Source: Clostridiales bacterium
Lineage (GTDB): Bacteria; Bacillota; Clostridia; Saccharofermentanales; Saccharofermentanaceae
Reading direction: 5' to 3'
Assembly: GCA_017961235.1 (NCBI GenBank)
Contig: JAGCXQ010000062.1
Coordinates: 15,052-79,051 of the forward strand
Length of the DNA: 64,000 nucleotides
Below the pieces are notes generated by a model. That model made no database searches. It saw only the letters and a list, made by a program, of their open reading frames with translations, and was not told the origin of the DNA. The translations under genes were made by a program, and so were the position numbers. Below are positions 46,391 to 54,226 of the stretch, one piece after another (the stretch's first letter is position 1; each line of letters starts with the position of its first letter).

Positions 46391-47573
46391 ACTTTTCTCT
46401 CCTTAATTTCAGGATCGAGATCATCATGAAGACGACTGTCGCCAGACTGATCTTGATCATATTCATCCAGAAACCATTCAGTGTCGGATAGTTTACCAGA
46501 CGGAAGAACGCGAAGTTCATGATAGTTGCCGGGTTGATCCGGTTCACGATCGGGCAGAACTTCTCCAGAAGTCCCGGGAGCTGCACGATCATCTCACCGC
46601 TTAAGAAAACCGAGATCATGATAAGTGCGGTCGCCTTGTTATCCCGCTGGTTCTCGTCTCCTTTTGTAAAGAGTCCGAACATGCATCCGAGGCTCATGGC
46701 AAAAAGGTTACCGACCAGGACGAACAGGATGATATGCGGAAAGCGGTTGCCAAGCGGCACATCGAAGAACCGGTTCATGACGGTCAGTGCGAAGAACGTG
46801 ATCGCACAGGACAGTGCATATCTTGCCATGAAGGCCGACAGCAGGATCTTCCACTTTTTCTTTGGGGATACGCTCGTTCTCATACCGTAGCCGCTGAGGT
46901 TTCCCTGGATATCGAACACCGTATGGATCCCGGCTGTCACATTGAAGAACATTCCCATGACGATCGTGCTGTAGAAGTACCACAGATATACATTGGCGGA
47001 GTGTTCATTGTCGCCGAGGTAGGTGCTCTTCGGCTTCATCACCGAGATGGATTCCGTGATGCTCTTCATAACTGCTTCCATCTTATCCGGTGCCGTCATC
47101 GCCGCATCTTTCATGATCGTGTAGTTTCTTTTATACGATTCAGTGATGCTTCTTGCGACCATGAGAGTGGTCATGTTCGCGCCATCTCCGACCTTTACAC
47201 TGACCGTCTCCTCTTTTCCGTTCACCAGGAAAAGCACCTCGAGATCTTTATCAAGGATCTTCTTTTCGGCTTCTTCCTGCGATGTGGTCTCTATCAGCTC
47301 GATGACCGCGTGGTCATATCCCATGCTGCTCTTTCTGACTTCTTCCGCATCCGCGAGATTTGTAAGTACTCCCTCGAATTCTTCTGCAAAAGCACTTTCC
47401 CCGGAATCTATGCGGATCATGGTGCTCTTTACCGGCTTGAAGTCGATCTCGCCCTTTGCAGGACCCATGAATGTGACATTAAAACATGTCATGAGAAGGA
47501 TCGGAAAGGCCAGTGACCAGAAGATGTAAGCCTTGTCGCGCAGTGTCTTGCGCAGATAATATGTAAACATCAT
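46377..47573 (-). CDS. ABC-2 type exporter permease (paralog)
   Basis: 398 aa with the same topology as the downstream permease. 14-nt overlap with it. Confidence 0.75.
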   Translation of the reverse strand: MMFTYYLRKTLRDKAYIFWSLAFPILLMTCFNVTFMGPAKGEIDFKPVKSTMIRIDSGESAFAEEFEGVLTNLADAEEVRKSSMGYDHAVIELIETTSQEEAEKKILDKDLEVLFLVNGKEETVSVKVGDGANMTTLMVARSITESYKRNYTIMKDAAMTAPDKMEAVMKSITESISVMKPKSTYLGDNEHSANVYLWYFYSTIVMGMFFNVTAGIHTVFDIQGNLSGYGMRTSVSPKKKWKILLSAFMARYALSCAITFFALTVMNRFFDVPLGNRFPHIILFVLVGNLFAMSLGCMFGLFTKGDENQRDNKATALIMISVFLSGEMIVQLPGLLEKFCPIVNRINPATIMNFAFFRLVNYPTLNGFWMNMIKISLATVVFMMISILKLRREKYAAL

Positions 47574-47591
47574 TTTTCCTTCCTCCTACGA

Positions 47592-48530
47592 TCAGTCATC
47601 ACGAAGTTCTTTTCCCGTCATTTCGAGGAAGACATCGTTCAGGGTAGGCTGCTCGGAATAGATATTCTTGATGCGGTAACCTTTATCCTGAAGGATCGAG
47701 ATGACCTTGACCACATTGTTTCCGTTACCGGCTTCGATCTTCAGCATCTTTCCGTCGTAATCCACGCCGAAGATGTTATCCAGTTTTCTGATCTTTTCTA
47801 CATCTTCTTCGGAGATGCCTTTTGCTTCGATCCGAATGATCTCGCTCTTTTTGATCATGCTCTTGAGTTCATCTACTGTACCTTCGGCGATCAGCTGGCC
47901 CTTATCGATGATGATGATCCGGTCTGCGATCTGCTCGACTTCTTCCATGTAGTGGGAAGTGTAGATGATCGTCGCACCGTCTTTTCTTAGTTTCTCGATA
48001 CCTTCGAGGATCTTGTTTCTGCTCTGCGGATCGACAGCGACTGTCGGCTCATCGAAGAAGATGATCTTCGGTTTATGGGCGATACCGCAGGCGATATTCA
48101 AGCGGCGCTTGAGACCGCCGGAAAGCTTCTTCGGACGGAATTTCTTGAAGTCATTCAGTTCAACGAAGTCGATCGCTTCCTGCACTCTCTTTTTTCTTTC
48201 ATTCTTATCTGTGATGTAAAGGCCGCAGAAAAAGTCGATATTCTCATAGACGGTCAGTTCTTCGAACACAGAAACTTCCTGAGGAACGACTCCGATCTCA
48301 CTCTTCAGATCATACGCCTTCGGCGACATCTCTTTTCCGTGGATCGTGATCGTACCCTTGTCATATTCCAGAAGAGAAAGAATGCAGTTGATCGTTGTCG
48401 ATTTTCCGGAGCCGTTCGGGCCCAGAAGACCTAAGATCTCACCTTCATTGACTGTCATGCTGAAGTTATCTACCGCGATCAGCTCTTTATAGCGCTTCAC
48501 CAGTCCATCTACTTTAATGATCTCACTCAT
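47592..48530 (-). CDS. ABC transporter ATP-binding protein
   Basis: ATG 48530 follows GAGGT. Walker A GPNGSGKST, signature LSGGLKRR, Walker B IIFFDEPT. Confidence 0.9.
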   Translation of the reverse strand: MSEIIKVDGLVKRYKELIAVDNFSMTVNEGEILGLLGPNGSGKSTTINCILSLLEYDKGTITIHGKEMSPKAYDLKSEIGVVPQEVSVFEELTVYENIDFFCGLYITDKNERKKRVQEAIDFVELNDFKKFRPKKLSGGLKRRLNIACGIAHKPKIIFFDEPTVAVDPQSRNKILEGIEKLRKDGATIIYTSHYMEEVEQIADRIIIIDKGQLIAEGTVDELKSMIKKSEIIRIEAKGISEEDVEKIRKLDNIFGVDYDGKMLKIEAGNGNNVVKVISILQDKGYRIKNIYSEQPTLNDVFLEMTGKELRDD

Positions 48531-48648
48531 TTTCCTGACCTCATTTCTTCGTATGTGTTTTATCATGCGGGATCCATCCCGTTTCTTTCATGATCCCATT
48601 ATCACATAACGGAGAAAGCGCGGTAAGTGAGCGCTATCACTAAGCGAC

Positions 48649-48662
48649 ATGACAAATGTCAT
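48649..48662. promoter_or_regulatory. Perfect inverted repeat ATGACA-AA-TGTCAT upstream of the ABC/TCS operon
   Basis: The 2-nt centre cannot form an RNA hairpin, so a protein-binding site is more likely. It lies about 55-70 nt upstream of a TGtGATAAT -10-like element on the minus strand. Confidence 0.3.
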
Positions 48663-48664
48663 TT

Positions 48665-50470
48665 TTATCCGCCGGCAAGTGCTTTATCTGCCTGTTCCTG
48701 AGTAATATGTCCTTCAGATAGCAGCTTATTAATGGCATTCGTCGTATATTCGATGTCATGGGTAGAGTTCTGTGCCTTGCTGTATTTCATAGCAAGCGTA
48801 TAGTATTCCAGTGCTTTTGCATAATCTATGGAGACACCGTGCCCATAGTGATATGACCATCCGACATTGGCTGTAGACTGAGGATCCTGAAGTTCTGCAC
48901 CCTTCAGCCACCATTCAAGAGCTCTTGCATCATCTTTCGTTCCGCCCTCCCCTTCGGAGAACATATAGCCGATCGCGCCATATGCGTTCGGCACTTTTTC
49001 TCTGGCCGCCACCAAATAGCAGTCCATGGTTTTGGTAAAGCTCTGTTCTATTCCATAGCCAAGTTCATAGAATCTGCCCATCTTATACATAGCATTTGCG
49101 TTTCCATACTCTGCCGCCTTCTGGAAGCACTTGAACGCCGTATCATATGTTTTCTGGACGCCTTGTCCATATTCGAACAACAAACCGATCTGATAATATG
49201 CATCGCCATCTCCTCTTGCTGCTGCCTCATTGAATAATGTTCTGGCTTTGACAAAGTCCTGTGGGACTCCATCGCCTGTTTTATAATTCATCGCAAGATT
49301 GTAATAGCCGGACGGATATCCCATTTCCGACGCCTTTGTAAGCCATTCGGCCGACTTTGCATCATCCTTGGAAGTATCTGAAGTTGCTCTATCATATACA
49401 AGTCCTATACCATTTGTCGAAAATGCCTTCTCATACCAATACGGGCTCTCGAGCGCCTTCTGATATAATTCTATAGCTTTATTTCCACTCGGGGCGGAAA
49501 GACCCGGGGCTGTACCTAACCGATACATGGACGCCACTCTGTTATACCCTTGCAGGCATCCGCCCTCTGCTGCCTGCTGGTAAAGAGAGAAAGCCTTATC
49601 TTTATCCATATCGACGCCGGAGCCAAACTCATAGAGCGTCCCTTGTCCGACCAGACCATAGAGCGATCCTGCATCAGAAGCTTTCTGGTAATAGGAAAGC
49701 GCCGTCTTATAGTGGTCTTCTTTTAGGGAATAATGTTGCGCCATATAGCCAAGCTTATACCATCCCTTGCCGCATCCGGCATCTGCAGCTTCCTGATAGA
49801 GTTTGGAAGCCTCGGATAAGTTAAGCTCTGTTCCTGCCCGCGCAAATAGATAATCATCTCCGCGTTCGACCTTCGCTTCCGCTTCGGTGATCGCCCAAAG
49901 CGAAGAAACATTTGCCGAAGGAGATATAAAATACCAGTATTTATCGGTATCTTCCACGAGGATGACACCATTTCTCTCCACACCGGACAGCGATATATCG
50001 GAGAATACGATCGACAGATCTTCCCCTGTTGCTTTCCATTCAGTGATCGTGCGGTTTCCTTCTTTGTCGTCTTCCCATCCCGCTGTTCCATCTTCATTCA
50101 GGATCAATCGGAAATTTCTTCCTTCCTGAATGATCGGGAAATTATTGACCGATCCGTTCTCCGGATGCGCTTCGGCCTTCGTCTTGATGGCAAAGCCTTC
50201 ATATGTCCCGGCGATCCGGACTCGATCGGGATCAAGCGGCTCTGTCGTTTCCGATGTCTCGGGTTCTGTCGTCGTCTCTTTTTCCGTGGCTTCAGTCTCG
50301 GTCTCTTCTGTTATTTCCGAAGTATCCTCTGTCTTCGAGGCATTCTTTTTCTTCTTTTCACGGGTAGTTTCCGCCGAGGATTTACTGCAGCCGGACAGGA
50401 GCATGCCAGCAATAACAAATAGAGATATAAGAATCAGAAAGATATTCTTTCTTTGGATCTTCGTAGTCAT
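48665..50470 (-). CDS. Lipoprotein with N-terminal beta domain and multiple Sel1-like (TPR-family) repeats
   Basis: Lipobox LLSGC. About 9 repeats of the type A..WY.KAAE.G...A...LG.MY..G.GV..D...A. RBS GGAGGAGGGAA. Confidence 0.8.
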   Translation of the reverse strand: MTTKIQRKNIFLILISLFVIAGMLLSGCSKSSAETTREKKKKNASKTEDTSEITEETETEATEKETTTEPETSETTEPLDPDRVRIAGTYEGFAIKTKAEAHPENGSVNNFPIIQEGRNFRLILNEDGTAGWEDDKEGNRTITEWKATGEDLSIVFSDISLSGVERNGVILVEDTDKYWYFISPSANVSSLWAITEAEAKVERGDDYLFARAGTELNLSEASKLYQEAADAGCGKGWYKLGYMAQHYSLKEDHYKTALSYYQKASDAGSLYGLVGQGTLYEFGSGVDMDKDKAFSLYQQAAEGGCLQGYNRVASMYRLGTAPGLSAPSGNKAIELYQKALESPYWYEKAFSTNGIGLVYDRATSDTSKDDAKSAEWLTKASEMGYPSGYYNLAMNYKTGDGVPQDFVKARTLFNEAAARGDGDAYYQIGLLFEYGQGVQKTYDTAFKCFQKAAEYGNANAMYKMGRFYELGYGIEQSFTKTMDCYLVAAREKVPNAYGAIGYMFSEGEGGTKDDARALEWWLKGAELQDPQSTANVGWSYHYGHGVSIDYAKALEYYTLAMKYSKAQNSTHDIEYTTNAINKLLSEGHITQEQADKALAGG

Positions 50471-50622
50471 ATATTCCCTCCTCCATATCGGATAGTACGG
50501 GCCGATGCTACAACGTAGCTTATAAGTTCATTGTATCGGATGGGAGTGCTTTTCTAAACGGGAAACAGGATATGTTTTAGATTTCTTTACAAAAAACACG
50601 ATAATTCAAAGAATGATAAGTG

Positions 50623-50665
50623 AAAGCCGGAAGACAGGAATAAGTTCCTGCTTTCCGGCTTTTAT
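50623..50665 (-). terminator. Strong hairpin downstream of the GH16 gene (probable terminator)
   Basis: AAAGCCGGAA (50623-50632) pairs with TTCCGGCTTT (50653-50662), with an inner helix. The U-tract is better on the + side, so directionality is uncertain. Confidence 0.55.
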
Positions 50666-50702
50666 GGGGGTCATATAATCTGCCCACCCGGCTCCCCGGG
50701 TG

Positions 50703-52106
50703 TTAAACAGTAATATCTTCGACTCGGACATTCGTAATATGGATCGTTGCCGTATCTTTATACTTACCCATATTGAACTCGAGACGTCCGTTGTTATCGT
50801 CCTTCTCATTCATGGCAAACTCATATTCAAAGGTCTGCCACTCGGTCGTCAGCCGGATCGATGTATCCGGGAAATAACGGATCCACCCTGCATTCGGCGC
50901 CGATACACACACGATGCACTTGCGGTCCTCATCCGCGCGGATATCAAAGGTGAGCTTATACTTGTGTCCTTTTCTCATCGGAAGATCCGGATGGACAAGC
51001 TGGACAGAATACTCCTCCGTACCACAGTTTGTCGAGGATATGATCATCTCTCCGTTCTCGATCTTCGCCGCTCCTTCGCCGCCATTAAACAGCAGGAACT
51101 TCCAGTCGATGTCATCTTCGAGATTCTCCGCTTCCGCGAAATTACCGTTTCTGATGAAGTTTCCGTCCGGAAGCGCTTCACGGAAGGGCTTTTCCGGCTT
51201 CTTGACATTCGTGTCGTACGAAGGCTTCTGATATACACGGACATAATCGATCAGGAACTCCGCCTTACTGAAATCCGTGCTCGCGTCCGGATTTCCCGGC
51301 CAGTTTCCTCCGACCGCCAGATTCATCTGCAGATAGAACGGCTGGTCAAATGGCGCCGGATACGGCTTATCCTCTTCTCCCTCAACAGCGGTGAACCAGT
51401 CGTTCACCTTGAGCACGAGTTCCCCGTCTGTGTAGAAACGCATCTCGCCCGGCTCCCACTCGACAGAATACTCATGGAATTTCGCGGAGAAGCTGTCTGC
51501 TCCCTTCTTCTCGATCGTGCCCTGCTGCTCGGCATGCGGCTCGCCATAGTGGATCGTGGAATAAGAGATCGAGGTATCGTTTCCCAGAGACTCCATGATA
51601 TCGATCTCACCGCACTTCGGCCACTGACCGTAGTGGGATTCGTCCTTCGGCATCATCCAGATCGCCGGCCACAGTCCCTGTCCTTCCGGGACCTTGGCGG
51701 ATACGACTACTTTTCCATATTGAAAATCACTCTTATTCTGTCCTTTGATCTTACCGGACGTATAGTAATCCTTTCCGTCCTTTTGTGTCTTAATGGCCTT
51801 TAGAACGAGATTTCCATCCCGCACGAAAACATTGTCGGTGGATGTCGTATATTCCTGCAGCTCGTTATTCGTCCAGCCCGGTTCATGCGGATCGTAGCTC
51901 CACTTGCTCTCATCCATCTTCTCCCCGTCAAACTCATCGTTCCACAGAAGATCATAGCCATCGATCTTCGGAACTTCAGACTTTACTTCAGAAGCCTGTG
52001 TATCCGAAGAAGATTCGTTTCCATCTTTTTTCTTATTTGAGCACGATGTCAATGGCAGTACCATCAGCGCCGCCAGAACGATACTCAAAAGTTTTGCTTT
52101 CTTCAT
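50703..52106 (-). CDS. Lipoprotein glycoside hydrolase family 16 (beta-1,3(4)-glucanase) with C-terminal CBM4_9-like module
   Basis: Lipobox LTSC. GH16 catalytic motif GEIDIMESLG. The C-terminal roughly 150 aa (GNFAEAENLEDDIDWKF...YSVQLVHPDLPMRKGHKYKLTFDIRA...ITNVRVEDI) has the CBM4_9 pattern. Confidence 0.85.
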   Translation of the reverse strand: MKKAKLLSIVLAALMVLPLTSCSNKKKDGNESSSDTQASEVKSEVPKIDGYDLLWNDEFDGEKMDESKWSYDPHEPGWTNNELQEYTTSTDNVFVRDGNLVLKAIKTQKDGKDYYTSGKIKGQNKSDFQYGKVVVSAKVPEGQGLWPAIWMMPKDESHYGQWPKCGEIDIMESLGNDTSISYSTIHYGEPHAEQQGTIEKKGADSFSAKFHEYSVEWEPGEMRFYTDGELVLKVNDWFTAVEGEEDKPYPAPFDQPFYLQMNLAVGGNWPGNPDASTDFSKAEFLIDYVRVYQKPSYDTNVKKPEKPFREALPDGNFIRNGNFAEAENLEDDIDWKFLLFNGGEGAAKIENGEMIISSTNCGTEEYSVQLVHPDLPMRKGHKYKLTFDIRADEDRKCIVCVSAPNAGWIRYFPDTSIRLTTEWQTFEYEFAMNEKDDNNGRLEFNMGKYKDTATIHITNVRVEDITV

Positions 52107-52201
52107 GGTCCCCTCCTCATAAAGATAGATTTATTCTGCTTCCAACATACCAAGAAAGGCGTTGCCATTATTGCTTTTTCATATCTTTTTTTATCTTTTC
52201 A

Positions 52202-52210
52202 TGCTACAAT
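52202..52210 (+). promoter_or_regulatory. Extended -10 element (TGcTACAAT) for the second AraC gene
   Basis: TGCTACAAT lies 67 nt upstream of ATG 52277. Confidence 0.45.
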
Positions 52211-52276
52211 ACCACTTAAAAAGCACTTGGCATTTGCGTTTTTTTGATGAATGAAGAAATCATGGGAGAAAGCCGT

Positions 52277-53032
52277 ATGGGTACGAAAAGAAAGAAGATC
52301 TCATATCAGGAGTTTCTGCACAGGGAGTATGAGTTTTTCCATGCTCCGCTAGCCCCCGAGATGGACTTCTACGAGACGATACGCGCCGGAGACATGAAGA
52401 AACTTGAGACGCTGCTAACAGAACCCTTTCATGAAAAGAAGGGACTCGGTGTGCTCTCAAGTGATCCTCTGTCCAATCTGAAATACCATCTGACGATCAC
52501 GATCGCTCTAGTTGCCCGCTTCTGCATCTCCGGCGGATTAAGCCAGGCTGAATCCTATAGTCTCAGCGATTACTATATCCGAATGACAGACGAGGCTCAG
52601 TCTCCGCAGGAGATCTCCGATATTCATAACGAGATGTGTATTCACTATACCAGACGCATGATCGACCTTCAGAGGAATTCGGTCACTTCGAAGTCCGTAA
52701 GTACCTGCATCAACTATATCTATGAGCACCTGCATACGCGCATCACACTGCAGACGCTTGCCAGGACATGCAGTCTCTCCGCGCCCTATCTGTCCCGTTT
52801 ATTCAAAAAAGAAACAGGGTTTTCGATAAGCGAGTATGTATTAAGAAAAAAACTCGAGACGGCCAAATCGATGCTCTCTTCCTCGGACTATTCCATTGCC
52901 GAGATTTCCGCATCGCTCGCCTTCCCGAGCCAGAGCTACTTTACGAATCTTCTGAAAAAGGATACCGGTCTTACTCCGAAGCAGTACCGCGACAGAAATA
53001 ACGGATCGATCCCGAAAGACATACGCCGCTGA
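52277..53032 (+). CDS. AraC-family transcriptional regulator (paralog of 590-1465)
   Basis: ATG 52277 follows GGGAGAAAG. It aligns residue for residue with the first AraC (..NLKYHLTITIALVARFCISGGLSQAESYSLSDYYI.. vs ..NVRYHLIISIAMIARYCINYGMDVETSYSLSDIYI..). C-terminal double HTH. Confidence 0.85.
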   Translation: MGTKRKKISYQEFLHREYEFFHAPLAPEMDFYETIRAGDMKKLETLLTEPFHEKKGLGVLSSDPLSNLKYHLTITIALVARFCISGGLSQAESYSLSDYYIRMTDEAQSPQEISDIHNEMCIHYTRRMIDLQRNSVTSKSVSTCINYIYEHLHTRITLQTLARTCSLSAPYLSRLFKKETGFSISEYVLRKKLETAKSMLSSSDYSIAEISASLAFPSQSYFTNLLKKDTGLTPKQYRDRNNGSIPKDIRR

Positions 53033-53036
53033 TAAC

Positions 53037-53531
53037 TCAGATATTTGTATCTTCTACACCAGTCGGATCCCCGTGATGTTTTGTCGGCTTCTTTGTCGGA
53101 TCTGTTGTTTTGCCGGGATCCTTTGTCTCTTTTCCTCCGGGAGCTTTCGTTTCCCTGATATCGTCTTTGCCTTTGGAAGATCCATCAGAAAGAGTATTCG
53201 CCGGATCTCCACCGATATCTATATCCAGCTCGTCAGGAGCGCCCGGATCACTTCCCGGTGCCTTGGTAGTTACGGAAGTGGATCCCGTTCCGCTTTCGGA
53301 AAGATCTGACGCCGGATCTTCTGTCCCGGAATTCTTCGATGTATCAGAAGAGTCTTCAGCGGAAGATATTGCTGAATCGTGAGAGGACATTTCACTTTCT
53401 GCTGTGATCTTTGTGTCAGAAGCATTATCCGAAGAGGAGGATGCCCCCTTTTTCTTCTTTCCTTTCCAGCAGGCAGATAACAGCATCGTGCCGGCAACTA
53501 AAAGAATCAGAACTCTTTTCCTTCTGATCAT
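53037..53531 (-). CDS. Lipid-anchored, intrinsically disordered Ser/Thr/Asp/Gly/Lys-rich protein
   Basis: Signal peptide with lipobox LLSAC. The rest is low complexity. The C-terminus DPGKTTDPTKKPTKHHGDPTGVEDTNI is homologous to the C-terminus of 56663-57196. ATGA overlap with the thioesterase gene. Confidence 0.6.
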   Translation of the reverse strand: MIRRKRVLILLVAGTMLLSACWKGKKKKGASSSSDNASDTKITAESEMSSHDSAISSAEDSSDTSKNSGTEDPASDLSESGTGSTSVTTKAPGSDPGAPDELDIDIGGDPANTLSDGSSKGKDDIRETKAPGGKETKDPGKTTDPTKKPTKHHGDPTGVEDTNI

Positions 53532-53959
53532 GTCTGTTCTCCTTTATCCATCAGAGATATAAGTGTCTCATAAAATGCGGGGCATTCCTTTTCCAGACGG
53601 ATCGGGCGGCCTTCCAGGTTCAGGAAGCAGTGCTCGGATCTCGCGTCGCAGACAAGTTTGCCATCGGCATTTTTCATCTCATATCCGATCGTCAGCCGGA
53701 CACCCTTACAGGCAAGGATCTTCACTTCGATCGTGATCTCTTCCGGAAATGTCGTTGTCCCTTTGTAGTGCACATCGATCGAGACGACCGGAGAGGCAAT
53801 TCCTGTCTCCTCCAGTTTATCGAAATCCCATCCGATCTTGGAAAGATAGTCGACTCTGGCTTCTTCCATCCAGCGCACATAGTTCGAGTGATGCGTGATA
53901 CTCATTTTATCCGTTTCATAGTACTGGACCTTGTGCTTATATGGTTCGATATTCTGCAT
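53528..53959 (-). CDS. Acyl-CoA thioesterase (4HBT/YbgC-like hotdog fold)
   Basis: 143 aa. HKVQYYETDKMSITHHSNYVRWMEEARVDYL is the typical 4HBT N-terminus with the catalytic Asp. Confidence 0.85.
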   Translation of the reverse strand: MQNIEPYKHKVQYYETDKMSITHHSNYVRWMEEARVDYLSKIGWDFDKLEETGIASPVVSIDVHYKGTTTFPEEITIEVKILACKGVRLTIGYEMKNADGKLVCDARSEHCFLNLEGRPIRLEKECPAFYETLISLMDKGEQT

Positions 53960-53996
53960 CTTCAGTTCTCCGGTTTCTCTTTCGATTTCTTTCGTA

Positions 53997-54005
53997 AGTA
54001 TAGCA
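53997..54005 (-). promoter_or_regulatory. Extended -10 element (TGcTATACT) for the thioesterase operon
   Basis: Minus strand reads TGCTATACT about 38 nt upstream of ATG 53959. Confidence 0.45.
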
Positions 54006-54033
54006 AAAAGCCCCTCTTTACAAAAGCCCGCAT

Positions 54034-54071
54034 ATAAAAAAGACCGGATGCCAGTTTCCCGGCACCCGGTC
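54034..54071 (-). terminator. Rho-independent terminator after small ORF P1
   Basis: Minus strand reads GACCGGGUGCC..GGCAUCCGGUC followed by UUUUUU. Confidence 0.75.
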
Positions 54072-54091
54072 TAGATCTTTAGAAAACAGAA

Positions 54092-54184
54092 TTACACATC
54101 CACTTCATCGCCAAAGCTTGTGATGATCACATCTTCCGCATCAAAGGTTACAATTACCAGCTTTAATTCTTCATAGGTTTCCAT
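54092..54184 (-). CDS. Small acidic ORF P1 (30 aa), not in ORF track
   Basis: Translation METYEELKLVIVTFDAEDVIITSFGDEVDV. AGGAG lies 11 nt upstream. It sits 42 nt after the stop of the large gene and just before a terminator, and shares a core with P2 (57231-57353). Confidence 0.45.
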   Translation of the reverse strand: METYEELKLVIVTFDAEDVIITSFGDEVDV

Positions 54185-54226
54185 ATATCATATTTCTCCT
54201 TATCTTTCCTTGTTTACCGATGTGTC

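Noticed and set aside
54171-54194. Alternative 6-codon ORF (ATG ATA TAT GGA AAC CTA TGA) closer to the AGGAG upstream of P1
   Set aside because: It is too short to evaluate and has no counterpart in the paralogous module. It is noted only as a caveat to the P1 start assignment.
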